Position numbers and translations under genes: made by a program
Notes under the pieces: model-generated
Seen by the model: only the letters and a program-made list of their open reading frames with translations
Told to the model about the DNA's origin: nothing
Database searches by the model: none
Assembly (NCBI GenBank): GCA_047495785.1
Contig: JBLDXI010000019.1
Coordinates: forward strand, 3,224,001 to 3,288,000
Reading direction: 5' to 3'
Source of the DNA: Lepidodermella squamata
Taxonomy: Eukaryota; Animalia; Gastrotricha
Length of the DNA: 64,000 nucleotides
In this document: piece by piece, positions 13,928-28,936 of the stretch
How positions within the stretch are numbered: the stretch's first letter is position 1
How the letters are laid out: each line of letters starts with the position of its first letter

Positions 13928-16900
13928 ATGTTAATAAGGACCTGTTTGGTTACTGTTGTTGTCGTTTTAACTGCGACTTCGTCGAGAGCAAGTGACGGTG
14001 AGTACGACTTCTTTCGATTGTTTTAGTTACTGGTTTACTTCCGAGAATATGCCGACTATTCTAGCCTATTTGCCCATTTAATCTGATTATTGAATATTGG
14101 CTGGATACAACTTTCTCTTCCAAATTCACATGCACGAACATGGACATTTTATGATAAATAGAATTTGCTGTGATTTTATGATTCATCCATTTTTCTTGTT
14201 TATAGGTCATTAGTCGAATGGCCAAGATATGTAAATTGCCCTAAATTTGCGAAAAATTGAGCTCTCCGTTCAAGTAGCATCGACATTTAATCGAAAAATC
14301 CCAATTTATTGAGAAAAATTGACAAAAGGCATACAAATTTGAACAAAACCTGTTAAATATCAACCTGTGCCTAAGAAATTTTGAAGTGTGAGCTTGATTT
14401 GCGCAAGTTGATTGCAGATTTCCCTGCAAATTTTAAGAATTTCTTTTGCATTTTACCTGATTTTTGGGAATTGAAAAACTGTTTGGCTCGTTCTTGGCTA
14501 CTAGCGGGTAATTTTGACATTCTTTTGCGTATTCAACGGCCTTGAGCTTAGAGATTCAACAATTGGGCGCAATTTTGAAAAATTAAGGTGGCGAATCAGT
14601 CAGGTTTTACCTCAAATTAATGCTGCCGAAAATTGCCCCAATTTCACCGGATTTTAACATAAGTTGCCCTGCTGAAACCAGTAGACGGATTTTATTTTTC
14701 TTCGATTTCAGAAGAATTCCTTTTCGAAGATAATAGGGTTTCCTAACGCTACATCCAAGATAAACTGCCCGTGAATTTCCCTGAAAATCGAATTTCGCTC
14801 TAATCAGCTAGATTTTTATGCCAGGCAAAAGCGGACAATTTTATGCAAAAAATCCCCAAATTATTAACCCCGACAGCCTGTAGTGCCCAAAGTTACCTTG
14901 ATAAAAGATCACCCCGCGTTGCGGTACCATTTTTTTCCTTATTTCTGAAGACAGAAGTTTTTCTTATTTTTAACTGATTTATTTATTTTTTATTTTTCTA
15001 AAATTTAAAATTTAAAATTTAATTTTGTTACAGAAGCAAGTTGTTCCGCTGGTATTCGCATCGATGAGCGGTTGCAAGTTCGGCCCGGCACGTGGGCAAA
15101 TATCTGCCCGGACATGCAAATCACATGTGCTGGCCAGGTGTCAAAATGGGAATTCCACAGCGTAGTCGCCGACGGTTCGACCTTCTACCTATCAATATGG
15201 AGAAGAACCGGGACCAACTCGTACGTCCTGGTCGGATATAACGCGATAAACGCGACAAAAGTCGGCCTTCAAAATTACCTAGTGCCGCCCGATCAGCAGA
15301 TCAGGGCGCAGATCGGTGATTTTGTCGGGATTTTCTACGAGAAACCGGGCATAACCGGCGCGATTCCGTACGCGGCCGCGGCCCAGCCGACGGATACGGC
15401 GATTGCGGACCCGACGGCGCCGGGCGGCACGGCGAATTATTACCACTGCATTACTTTCGAGTCGTACCGGTTTCAGCTTCAAACGCAGATGAGAAGCGCT
15501 GGTTTTGTCCAAGTTTTGGCCTATCCAGTCAGGAGAGCTTACGCTGTCAAAGTATTCGTCGGTAAGAAATTATCAATATAATATAATTCCAATTTTTGCT
15601 CGTTGACAAATTCCTCAAATTTTGTATTTTTCATTGAGCTGAAAATTCGAGAATAAATTAATTTCTTCAGATTTAGGCCTTCAAACTAAAATACTCATCA
15701 ATTCGGCATTTTTTGCAAAAGCGATTTTCGCAGAATTTAGAGGACATTTTTCATGATTTTTTTCACTCACTTTATTTTCTGAATATTTTGAATATTTCTT
15801 TTCATAATGAAATTAATTTTTATTTAGTCAACAATATTTCATGATTTATTTTTATCAATTTAGGTCCGACTGAATTCGATTGTTCTGCTGGTCAAAGAGT
15901 ACCTGATGCCCCTAGAATAACGTCGAGTTCGTATGCGCAACTATGCTTCAATATGATGTTCACGTGCTCGGGTGTTCTCGATCGGTGGGACTACTACAGC
16001 TCACTAGAGTAAGTCTGAAATTAATTTAAAAAATTCACTGTTAAACAAAAAAATTGAAAATTTGAAGTTAAAAAATTGAACTGTTTCTCATTTTTATGAA
16101 AATTAATCAGATATCAGATATCTTACCTTAAAATTTACAAGAAAATCCAGAGAATTCTGGGGAAAATTGAGAAATTGTTTACCTTCGAATCATTTTCAGT
16201 TTGAAATTGCGATTAAAACTATTTTTTTTCATTTATTTCATTTTTTTAGTGATGGCTCGGTTTTCTACTTGTCAGTATGGCGGCATTTATTTGACGATAA
16301 ATTCGCTCTAATCGGTCTAACCCGACTAAACGCAACCCGCCGTGGCCGTCAGACCCACGAGCTCACGCCATCCGAGCAATTTCGGGTTGTCGCCGGCGAT
16401 TTTTGCGGCGTTTTCTATGAATTACCGCAAATTATGGGCGCCATACCTAGCGTCACCCCGTTCCAGGGTGACCCACAGCCGACCGAATTTTACGACTGCG
16501 CGGCTTCGGCGTTTTACGCCCCGGTTATCGATACGCAGATGAAGGGGCATGGATTTGTTCAAATTGAGCGCAGAACGGAGAAAAAAGTTCTCAGTTTTCA
16601 AGGTAAATTTTGCAGAAATTCTTTCAAAAATATCTCCGACCCGGATTTTTCGACAATAATTTCAAACTTGTTGAATTTGCAAAATTAGGAGAAATCGATA
16701 TTTTTGGAATTTGTTTTTAGCAAATTTGGTGTTAGACTAATAAATTCAGGGTTACCTCTTTAAAATCTAAAAATAAAATTTAAAATTTAGAATTACAGTT
16801 TTTCAAATGTTGCAGAGGCCCAAAAATGAGTTGACCCAATTTCATATGTCTAGAATTAATTTTTTTCAACTGAGGACTTGACTTTGGTATGTCTTTTTCG

Positions 16901-19900
16901 AAATTTTCTAGGTTTTGTGAAAGCCGTCGAACAAACCGAGTGCCGAAACCCGCCCGAAGTGCAGCATAGCCGTGTTATCGGAACCGGCAACACCGTCGGA
17001 GCGTCTCGAACCTACATCTGCGACTCGGGCTACGTGCTAGTCGGCGCTGAGACCATTCTATGCGGCTCAAGCGGCGACTGGCAGCCGTCGTTGCCGGAGT
17101 GCCGCCGCATCCCGGCGACGAGTTGTGGCCCGCCGCCGGAAGTTGCGAATTCGCGAAATAATTACACGGGTGAAAATACGGTTGGTACAAAAATCGGCTA
17201 CTCTTGCTTGCCTGGGTTTTATTTGATCGGCGATTCTGTGGTCGATTGCCAAGTTGTCGAAGGCATTTGGACTACACCGCCTCTTTGCAAAGGTGAGTAA
17301 AATATTTTTTAATTTTAATTAATTAATTTTTGATTTTTCGTAATTTTCTAATAACAGAAATTCATTATGACTGTGCGATTGGATCGACGCCGCTGCCGAA
17401 TACGGATAGCCCTATTCAAAGGCCGACTTTGAATGCTTTCCCATCGCTGCGATTCGACTGTGATGCCGAAATTACGTATTGGGAATTTTATTCGACTGCG
17501 ACTGAACCGACGCCGATTTACTTCGACGTTTGGCGGCAAATGGACGAGGATAAATACGAATTGACTGGGTCTAATAGGTAAACATCAAACTCAAAATTTC
17601 AAAACAATTGAAAAAATCCTCAAATTTTGATAAAAACTAACAAGAGAACGAAAATACCTCAGAGAATTCGATCTCTTCGTAACGAATTCTTTTGGTATCG
17701 AAGAGATCGAATTCGTCTGGGACAGTAATTCTTGAAGTACTGTACTATTTTAATATTAATTAATTTGTTTTAAATTTTGGCTGTTTCTGATTTTACGTTT
17801 CGGTTGAATATTTGAAAATTCTCATTTGATTCAAATTTATGGGAAAATTAAAAAAATCGAGGACGATAAAGCGTTTCCCAGAAGTTGCGCAACTATTTTT
17901 TAATTTGTCAACTTGTCAAAATTGTCAACTAATTTTCGTAAATTGAACATACTGAGAGAATACTCTTTTACCCGCGATTTAACAGAAAAAATTTATTGGA
18001 GAAAACCCTGAAAACCCCGATGGCAACTGCTTTGGTAATTTCCGGTATTTTACCCGCTTGGAGTACATTTCTCCGGGCAAAGTTCTCGTAATTTTAGGAT
18101 TTTTCTAAAAGTTGTCTGGCCGTGAGATGCTCATTTCAGAGTTTCTGAACCCCTTTCCGTGTATTTTCTTTGCTTGCGTTACTTGAGGGACACGCCGTAT
18201 TATCCAATTTAATGATTATTTGAACATTTTAATGTCGATTTTTGCCTTGATTAGGTACGTCGCAACATCAAAGGGCCAAATACTGTTCGAAGTGCCAAGC
18301 GATTTCCGCATCAAAGTCACCCGAGGCGATTTCATCGGTGTCCACTACGAAAACAGCGCCAGGTCCGCAGTCGTGCCGTACTTCGACAAAACGCTGTTCC
18401 GCCACCGCCGCGAAATCGCAGGACCCGACCAGCAACAACAGCCGATGCACATGGACGAAAGCATCGTACCAGCAACGTACTACGACCTGCTCGAGAAAAA
18501 TATCACTGAATCGGATCTGCAGAGCTACATCGCCCAGAACTACTACTTCTCGTTCAGGTCGAATGTCCTGAAGGGCGCCAGGTCACCCTCGTTGAAGGCG
18601 TACGCGGTCGGCATACCCGGCTGCGGAGTCCCGCCCCCGGTCCGATACGCCAAATTCACCTTCATCAACGATATCGCGACCTACAAGTGCTTCTCGGAGT
18701 TCGAAATGCAGGGCGATGCGACGATTCGGTGCCGGAAGGGCAAGTGGCAGACGCCGCCGTCTTGCCAATTGAAATCGCTCTGCGCCCTGGGTCGACCCAT
18801 CGCGAACCGCCCACCGCTCGGCCTCGGGTCTTACCTCACAATTTTCATCAACAACCAATTTACCTGCGAGGGTGTGTTGACTGAGTGGGATTTGTACTCG
18901 AACTCGAACCGAGGCACAGTTGTGTATCTCGACGTTTGGGAGCCGGTGCCGGACCAGCCGAATTCTTACCGCCGCGTTGGGTCGAATCGATTTTCCGGGG
19001 TGGAGCGTGGCCAGGTGACGTACCGCGTGCCGGTTGATAAGCAGATCTATGTGAAGCCGGGTATGCTGTTCGGCTACCACTACGATTCGACGCAGCTGAA
19101 CCAGGACGCGCTGGTCATCCCGCACGCGTCGGCGTCATCGCCTGACCCCTGGGCGGCTGCGGATTTGTTTGATGGTTACATTCTGAATTACGACGAGGAC
19201 CAGTTGCAGCTGCAGAGTGACGTCATCACTATTCAGGTGCGATTGTTTAACCGTTATTCCTGAAATATAGAATATACAGTAATCTTACTGATGGAGGTTC
19301 CTGCCTGATACAAGGAATTGAGAGGAGGGAATCCATTGTTTTGCCAAAATTGCGAAACCCAAGGTCTTGATTTCATCAAGATTGCTGCTGCATAGTGCTG
19401 AATGGTGAAGGATTCAGATTCAGATTAAGCGGAACCAAATTACAAAACTTGGCATTAAACGCATAACAAGTCGAATTTTCGAAAATTTGTGTAAAATTGC
19501 GATTCAACCGTGTTCTCAAAGTGATGATCAACTCTGATTTTTATGGTAATTTATTTGGATTTTTCAAATTAATCAAGAAATTCCCGAAAGTTCTGAAGAT
19601 TCACCCCTTGGCGAATTTATTATCAATTTTGTATTTATCAGCAGCCAAATTTCGTTTTGTCGTAAGGAACCACCAAATTTCAGGTTGAACAATTGAAGAA
19701 ATTTGACGAATCACGCGCAAATTGTTTCAGAGAATTATCTAACTTTTTTGTTCAATCAAAGATCTCGTTTTGGAAAGTGAGAAATAACCAAATTTCTTCA
19801 ACATTTGGCTCCTCTCATTTTCTTTCTAATTTTCTTGGGAAAATTTAAACTCAATAATTCGTCTAGTCTCTTAGGAAAAAATTCAAGAATTAAGTTGGCT

Positions 19901-22900
19901 GCCCAACCATTTGCCGTGTGATAGAGAATTCCAGTTAGGTATGAGCTTTTGTCCGATAAGGTACGGCTCAAAGCTGAAAATTCAATAAAATTAGCCCATT
20001 TTCATTTTTGAAAAAGGAGTTCCAATGTTTGCTAAAACTCATCTCGTATGCTCATTTTTTCTGTAAATCACTGTAAATCAGCTTAACTGTTATTTCGAAA
20101 AATGTCCACCATCAAACTAAAATTCTGTTCAGGCGCTATCAACTAGGTGAAAATTGTCCATTTCTCAGCGCTCTAAACATTTCAAAAGTTGTCGGAAAAT
20201 GATCGTAAAATTTTCAGAGACAAATTTAGCTTTTCAATCGTGAATAAGAGGCTGGACACACAGCTTCCTGAGTTGAGGAAAGATTGTAAAGTCGCAAAAT
20301 AATCGGAACAATTTAAAGCACCTGATACTCCGTATAATGTCAACCCTCAAAACATTACCGATGTAGGTACATTGAATTCTGTAGAATTTATCGAAAATTA
20401 TCCAATTCATTGCGAAATTATTTTCTAATTTTTATTAAAGGAAGGTGTCACGTCAAAAGAGCTTCGAATCCCCGCGCTGCGAGCCACCGTTCGCAGCGCC
20501 ATGGCCGACTGCGGCATCCCCCGCGGCATCCCGAACGGCGGCGTGCGGTACACGCGCACGCACCAGGGCGCGCAGGCGACGTATTACTGCAACGACGGCT
20601 TCACGATCTACGGCGAGGCGAACGTGACGTGCCGCGGCGACGAAACGTGGGGCCAGGCGCCGTCCTGCAAGGAGATGTGCAACGTCGGCCGCGACGAGGT
20701 GAAGAACTACCCCGACTCGGCCACCATCACCAACCTGTGGCTGAACGTCTTCGACGGGCTGCAATTCACGTGCCCGGGCAAGGTCATCGCGTGGAAGTTC
20801 TACTCGCGAATCCCTGATGCCATTGTGTACTTCGGCGTCTGGGAGCGGACGACGGCGTCGGGCGGGTCGGAGACGTGGCGGTTGGTTCGCGCGAATCAGA
20901 TCAAGGTGAAACAGCCCGGTGTTCAAACGTACCCGTTATCGCCCGATGAGCAGATCTACGTGCGACCCGGCCAGGCCGTTGGTATCCACTACGAGAAGTC
21001 GGAGGGCTCGATTTCGGATTTGGTCGTCCCTACGACGTATTCGTTTACGGCGCATGGCGATAAGCTGTACAACACGCATGTCATCGACTGGGGCAATGTC
21101 GATATTATGAATCATGAGGGCCTTGTTACGTTCGATCCGCAGTCGAATAGCAGGTCGTGGCTGAACGAGAAACGAGCGCCGGCTATTCAAGCCCTTGTTG
21201 AGCGTAAGTTTTTTATTCACATTTGAATCACTCGTATTAGGTCGTCCTCGAATCATTTGAAAACAAATTCCCTTTCAATAGAAAATTTCAAAAATTTCAA
21301 TTGAATTTTCTTCATCATTTTGCGGTCTAAATTTTGAATTTTTGAATATTGATTTTTGAAATTGTAGCTTCTTCTTAAATATTGATTCGAAAATTTCTTA
21401 TGGAATATTTTAGCCGATTAATATTTGAAGCAATTTCGTTCTTAATCAGTGAACAGAGACTTGATAGGATTAGTTGGAAAAACTCGGAAATCCGAGGGGG
21501 TCAAAAAGGCTTAAGCTTTTAGAATCTGGGAATCTAACTTTAGTACCTAGCAATAAAGGGTAATTATATGGTTTCCTACTCGCTCTCAGAAGTCTTCAAA
21601 AAACTACACTTAACTAACTTCCTTCAGAATTATGACTTCGACCTCCCCGCATATGCTTAGCTACTCGCTTCAAAATAACATTTTTCATGATTTCCTTTTT
21701 TCTCCTGTTTTCAGAAACTGAAATGTCTTGCTTTGGCGGTTGGATCATTGCTGACAATCCTGGCATCGAACCGACTGTTTGGCTGACTCTTTTCATGGAT
21801 ATTCGATTCCAGGTAAATTTTGTTTAAAAATATGGAAATTTATCTAGAGAAACAGGGTGTGTTCATGGACTTTGGAGCTGCCAGGGATGGACATTTTTTT
21901 CTATATTTCTCAAAATTACTGTTGGAGAATTTCCACTAAAACTTACTCGAAAACATCTTCCAATTGACAAAGCAGAGCGCTAAATTTTCATTTTCTTCCC
22001 CGGTCTTCGGTCTGGCCGAGCTGGGGGATGATACCCCTGATAATTGCTGTAGAGAAAATTATAGTCCTGATTAGCCTAATTCAACGTTATAGCTTTACTG
22101 CCGTTTTTGGAATTCATGTCTAATTCTTGGATCATTTTTACAGTGCAGTATGGAAATTGAATCGTGGGAATTTTATTCGCTGAGCGACGACGGTACAACC
22201 GTATTCCTGGACGTGTGGCGCGAGGTCGAAGGCCGCAAGTACGAACTCATCGGCTCGAACAGCGTGCAAGTCAACAAAAAAGGCCGCAACGTGTTCGAAG
22301 TCGACCAGGCCGACCGCATCCGAGTCGTAGCAGGCGATTTCATCGGTAAAATTTCAGCTTGAAATCTCGAAATTCGCAAAAATCAAAATTCAATCGCTGA
22401 TTTTAAAATTTAAAATCGAAAATTAGAATATTTTCAATTTCTGACTTTTCTTGTTTTTTAGTCTGAATTTATTCACAGAATTGTTCCATTTGTTAGTCTT
22501 GTTACCTACTTATATTTTTTCAATAATTTTTAGGTATTCACTACGCCAAGCGCGAAGGTCCTGGTGTGATCGTTTACTTCAACGAAAAAGTGATTGGAAA
22601 TTTCCAAGGCCAGTTGTCTCGCTACCTCGAAAAGGACGTGCGGGAAGTCGACATTCGCGACGAAATTAAAACATCCTACTACGTCGCTTTCGTTAACCAA
22701 CTGCCGCAAGTCGGCCGTGTCCCATCGCTCATGGCCCTAGGTCGAGAATTCTCCGACTGCGGCATGCCGCCTCGCATTCCGAACGGCTATTTCACCGTGA
22801 AAACAACCACGGTCGGCTCGGTAGCGACTTACGCGTGCCATAAGGAATACAAGTTGGAGGGAAATATCATTTCGACGTGTAAAAAAGACCTGAAATGGAC

Positions 22901-25900
22901 TGATGCGCCTCAGTGTGTTCTCAAAGGTACGCTATTTTAAAAAAAATTTCGAAATTTTGTTGGGGCCCGAGCCCGATTTCGGCTCGTACGCGTTCCGGTC
23001 GGAAAATATTTTCATTTTTTTCAATTTTCTAAAAAATATTAAATTTATTTTTAAACATTTGAAATTTTTAATTTTTAAAATAATAAAAAAAATGGAAATT
23101 TCCTTGAAATTTCGAGATTTTAATATATTTTTTATATTTTTCTGAAATTTAGAGCAATGTAACGTTGGACCTCAGGTGTACCCGCAAGCGCTTCCGAACG
23201 CCGGTGCTTGGCTAACCGTGTTCACCAGCCTCGAAATAGCTTGCCACGGTCGCATTGCCGGTTGGACTTTCTACTCGAATACGGCCGGAAATCCGATTTA
23301 TTTCGCCGTTTGGGAGAAAATTAACGCGACTGATTATTTGATGCTGGGTTCGAATCGCGTCATTCCGTCCAGGACTGGCCTGCAAACGGTTGCCGTCAAC
23401 CCGGATGAGATGATACTGGTTAGACCTGGAAATGTCATCGGTTATCATTACGACGACACGAGGTAAGCCTTCGAAATTTATTTTAAAAATTATTCAAAAA
23501 TTTCAAAAATTTCAAAATTTAAATTTTCAGATTTTTCAGTTTTTGTAAAAATTTTATTTTAACTATTTAACTTTTAGATTGCCTCAATCACTTTTGGTTT
23601 TGCCTCACGCCGATGCCGCTATGCCTGGGCCTTATAAAGACATGCCAATGTATGACGTATACGTCGAACCTATGTCACACCACCAAATTCAACAGGAGCG
23701 AAATCGCGTTCACTTTTCATCGATAAAATTCGAAAATAACCGAGTTGCCGCGTTGCAAGCCTCCATTCAGGAATCTGACTTCAACTGTGTCGCTGGGCAG
23801 GTGTATAGCAATAACGACGGCACCCCACCCGGCCAGGCGTTAAACATTTTCCCATCGCTGCAATTCCCGTGCTCACTCGAAGTCCGATCGTGGGAATTTT
23901 ACAGCTTGAAGGACGATGGTACGGTGGTTTACTTCGATGTTTGGCGCAAAGTTGGCGATGATAAGTTCGAATTGGTCGGTTCAAATCGCATCCAAGCGAC
24001 TACTATTGGCCAGCAGATCTACGAAGTTCCGCCCAAGCTCAGGATCCGGTGAGCAATTTTAAAATATTTTAGAAAATGTTGAAAAATTCAAAAAATCACC
24101 TTAAAATTAATGTCGCAATTTTTGAAATTTATTGCTATTCTCGGAGAATTAGATATTTTCATGAAATATTTAAAATCTAAAATGTACTTCAAATTTAAAA
24201 TTTTATAAATGTTTGAATTTTTAAACAATTTTTTTAAATTATAGCGCTGGTGTCGGTGATTTTATCGGAATTCACTATGAATCGGCGAATGGCGATGGTG
24301 TTGTGCCGTTTTTCACTCATCTCAACCCCGGTCGGTACCTCGGCCAGCTGCAAGATTTCCTCGACAAGGTCGTCGGGCATGCCGGAATCATGCAGGAAAT
24401 CAACAAGAATTTCTACGTCTCATTCGGTAAAGACATGCAGTTGAAGAAGAAAATTCCAGCCCTGGTCGCGCTGGGTAACAGACTGCCAGGTTGTGGCATG
24501 CCGCCGTCGTTGCTTTTCGGCGCTTATTCGGTGCAGAATACTGAAATCGACGCTGTTGCGGTGTATAGCTGTTACGAAGGCTTCGAGCTGATTGGCCAGC
24601 CGACGACCGTTTGCGCGGCTGATAGCAGCTGGTCGAATCCACCCAGTTGCCAATTGAAAAGTAAGTTGACCTAATTTTTATTTTTTACATCGAAAAGTTA
24701 TTTATAAAAATTCGGATGTAATTGATAATTTTCAATAATTTAGTTCAATTTTTCGATAATTATTTCACCAAGTTTTCCGATTATCATTTTTGATAGGAGT
24801 TTTCAGGATTTTGTTCAGAATTCCGCTTCAAAAAGTAGAGCGAGTGGGATATTTCGAAAATTGTATATTTTAATCTGAAACTTAATACCGAAAAATTTCG
24901 AATGCTGAAAGAATTAACCGAAAATTACCGAACTGGTTTTCGGGATTCTCCCAGTAAATGGATTTTGAACCTCATTAAATTGTGAAAAATCGAAAACTTC
25001 TAAAATTTGAAATGCTAGAAAAAATTCCGAAAACCCGCGACCGGGTATTTTCGGGATTTACGCGGTAAATTAACCCGGTTAATATACCCGATTAGCAAGG
25101 AAGCTCGTTGAGTTAACTGGAATAGTAATTATCTGGATTTCGGATTTTCTCTGAAATTTCCTAAATTTTTCGAATTTAATTTCAGAACTGTGCCAGTCGG
25201 GCCGTGAAGTCGCGGATGTTCAACTCGCCAATGTCGCCACGCTGCTCAACGTTTTCTCGAACATGTACATCGAATGCGACGGCGTCATCGCCGGCTGGAC
25301 GTTCTACTCGATGTGCGAGGCGTGTTCGATCTACCTCGCCGCGTGGGAACAGGCGGCCGGCTACACGTACCGCATGATCGGCTTCAACCGCGTTGTAGTC
25401 ACCCGCCGCGGCATTCAGACCTACGTCGTGCCAGTTGAGGAGCAGATTCCAGTTAAGAAAGGCGATGTCGTCGGTTATCACTACGACTCTTGGGACACGT
25501 TCCAGTCGAGGGCCGTCATCCCGCACGCCGACCAGGTCAAGCCGTTCCCGTACACGTATCCGGACGATTTCTACGACGGCTTTTCGAAAAATCTCGGTCA
25601 TGCGGATATTTTGGCGCAGGGTAAACGAGTGGATTTCAACGGTTTCAAGCAAGTTCAGTGGCGAGTTCCGGCATTAGCTGTCTACGTCAAATGTAAGTCT
25701 TCTAGTTCATTTTATTCGAAATTGTTACAATTTTAAAGATTTTTAAAATGCTTACCTATACATCGAATCATTTTGAAAAGTGTGGAGTGATACGAAAAAT
25801 ATCATAAATGTAAGATAACTGGTTCATAAGTTTCTCAGCATAAGTTTCTCAGCAAATCCGAGTTGCCAAAGTGGGCGAAATTTTTTCATATTTTTTTTGC

Positions 25901-28405
25901 AAAGCGCTGATGTATTTTTCCCATTGCTAAATCTACTGAGAACAGTCCTAGGATATAGCCTGAACTCAGTCTTATAGAGAATGTTAAGCTGAATCTAATG
26001 ATGATTTCTTTTCTAATTGTTGTGGTCTTGATACCCAAGAAATATCCAAAAAGCGATTTCAGGCCACTAGAAAATTCCAAAATTTGGTTCCGCTAACCGA
26101 CTTTTAAAAGAACTTGATTTTTGGCAGAATTGGGTTGGTAAATTCAAGACTAAACTAAACCAGATCTTATTGTGTTGGACGAAATTTTATTTAGAGTTTC
26201 TCGGGATTTCGTGAAAGCAGCTGGATCTAGGAAAAAATTACCTTACCTGTCCTAAATATATTTATAAAAAACCGTTGTTCGTTACAAGAAATTTTCATAT
26301 ATTTTGGAATTCTGAATGTTAATGTTATTTATTTGAATTTTTATTTCATTTTAGCGCCTTTGACTGACTGCGGTCCTGTGCCCGAAATCGACTGGGCGCG
26401 AACCCGGCGAACGGACACCAGTTTGACGGTGCGCGTCAGCTACGAGTGCGAGTCCGGGTTCACGCTCGAAGGCTCGTCGACGATCATCTGCCAGGACGGC
26501 AAGTGGACGCAGCCGCCCAAGTGCAAGGCGAGCAACGACTGCGTGTGGGGCCGCGTCGTGCCCGACAAGCCGCTGCTGGAGCCGCGCGACAACGAGCTCA
26601 ACTTGTACCCGAACAACCCGATCATGTGCCAGGGCCTCGTCAAGGAGTGGACCATCTACTCGCGCCACTCGAGCGAGAAGGTCGTCTACATGGACGTTTG
26701 GCGCCGCGAGCGCCAGACCGTCTACAAGCTTGTCGGCACCAACGTGCTGACGGTCAACAAGGTCGGCCTCAAAACCTTCAGTGTGCCCGACAAGGACCAG
26801 ATTTTTGTTCAGGTGAGTAATTTTTCTTAGATTTTAATTTTCCCTAATTTTGGTATTTTTTTAAATTATGGAATTTCACTGAAAAATTAAAGAAAATTTT
26901 AAAACCGAAATCATGTGATATTTTGTCGAGACGATGACATTTTTCAATCATGTTTAATATCTTAATTTTCAATTTTGCTAGGTCGGAGATATTGTGGGCT
27001 TCCACTACGACCGCGTCACGCCTCTTGTTATTCCATTCGCCGAGGAGAAGGACGGCTTGTACGACAAGAACGACCTGTACGATACCATTGTGGCGACCAT
27101 GTACCACACGGATCTCATCTCGGGCAATTCGTACACGTTCGACCGATCGAATTTCTTGCCCAAGAACCGCATTCCTTCAGTTCGAGTGCACGTCCAAAAC
27201 AGTAAGTTTTCATTATTATACACATTCGATAGATAATACAAATCAAAAGTTGAAATTTATCGATTATCGATTTTGCAGATTAGAGAAAAAATTGATTATC
27301 GATTATCGATTTACAAAAAACCGATAGTTGTCGGAAACGATTGGTTTTCGATCGATTATTGTTATCGATTTTCTGGAAAATCGAGATAATCTCTGAACTC
27401 TAGAAAAGGGAAAATTCGATATTGATTGATTTTTGATTATCGATTTTCGATAAATTCGATTTTTGTCAAGATGTATTGATTTTTGGTCGATAATCGACTC
27501 CTGAAAAACTGATTAGATTCCATAGCTTTGATTTTGGCTAATCTAATTTTTGTTTTCCAGGTCAAACGCAAGTTCTCGGAGCCTGCAATGTTGACACAAC
27601 GTGTCCCGAACACGCCATCTGCATGGAACGCGGCTGTGACGGCTTCGGTTGCGTGTGCGAAGAATCATTCTGGCCGAACGACGCCTCAACGCAGTGCCTG
27701 CGCGCTGCCGAGCTCGGCGAATACTGCGACTCGCTCATCGCGTGCCGCGGGCCGAACCTCGAGTGCCGCAACGGCCGGTGCTCCTGCATCACTTCGTGGA
27801 CACCGGCTCGCGACGGCCGCCGCTGCAAACCCATCTCGTTCACGCCAGACTCGGACTACGCCCTTCTTTCAGACTCGTGCAATGCCACAACACTGTGCTT
27901 CTACGCTAACAACGACCAGCAATGCCAGCTGGGCGCCTGCCACTGCAAGGCCGGATTCAGGCCAGCTACAGCCGTGGAAGAACGAGCCTTCCCTAGCATT
28001 CCATTCGAGTGTCGCCAGAACACCTTCAGCTTAGTTATTACGGACAGGGCGAGACAGTGCCCGCCGACAGAGGCGAAAAACCCGCAGGCATCGCCGTTGA
28101 TCACTTATTCCACCGACCCTGAATCGCGCCAGAGGTCGATTGACATACTTGTCCCACTTCTAGCCAGCATCGCCGTAGTCGCCGTAGTGTCGCTGGTCAT
28201 AATCCTGGTCGTCCTATTCGGCCGGCCGTCACGCTTGATGGATTTGTTCAAGCCAGACTTTGTAGGCCCGATTGACGAGCCGGTGCACGAGCCGGCGGCT
28301 AACCCGATCGATGTGTTGCCGAACGAGGGGCTGAACGAGTTTTTGAACCAGCTGCAGCAGGACCAGCCACGCCGTAAGCGACGGCCGCACGGTGTTTCTT
28401 GGTGA
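13928..28405 (+). CDS. Large type I membrane protein: about 10 copies of an unassigned ~140-aa domain, about 7 sushi/CCP domains, Cys-rich EB/EGF-like modules, one TM helix
   Basis: Signal peptide MLIRTCLVTVVVVLTA at 13928. Many GC-rich exons encode sushi motifs (C-x-x-PP...Y-x-C-x-x-G-F/Y...C...W...P-x-C) and a repeated F-x-C-x-G-x-I-x-x-W-x-FYS...VW...L-x-G-x-N...V-x-x-GD-x-x-G-x-HY unit. The TM segment ILVPLLASIAVVAVVSLVIILVVLFG is in the last exon. Confidence 0.85.
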
Positions 28406-28936
28406 TTTTTCTATAGTGGCATAACTTTCAAAGCATGTGATGTACAGCTTTTTTGTTGTGTTTTATTGTTTCTCTCGCTCTAAACTGCTGTGTAAAATAA
28501 TGATTTCTTTTTGTTGTCGATATACTTTACATCCGTAATTCTTCTTTTAACATCTCTACTTCGCTTCCACTGCTCGACAATCCGCCGTCGTCGTTTTACG
28601 AGCGTTCTATCAATATTCAAGCACAATGCTCCATTTTTGTTGATGCGATCTGTGACGCCGAATCTCTGTGAAGAAATTAATGCTCATTGACAACTGCAAT
28701 AAAAAAGCCGATTTGGAAATGCGCGAAAAGAGACCCATTCAATCAATCAGAGTACATGAAGTACAAGGGATAGATAGGTGGCAGAGCGGGGAGCGGACAG
28801 GGAGGGGGTACCCCTCAGCTCGACAGGTCCAGGCAAGAGAACCCGAAGAAGCACTGCGAGAACCCTTTTGTCCTGAAAATACCCTCAAAGATCCCACTTT
28901 GTACACCGAATTAGGAACAGGAACATGGGAGAAGCC

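Noticed and set aside
27255-27500. Cluster of ATCGAT/CGATTATCG motifs that could suggest a CRISPR-like array
   Set aside because: Irregular low-complexity intronic repeat with no constant repeat-spacer period.
15279-28104. Numerous Arg-rich antisense and alternative-frame ORFs over the sushi-protein exons (likewise 4745-5497, 46640-47080, 51323-51826)
   Set aside because: These are shadow ORFs caused by the codon bias of the real genes and have no recognisable motifs.
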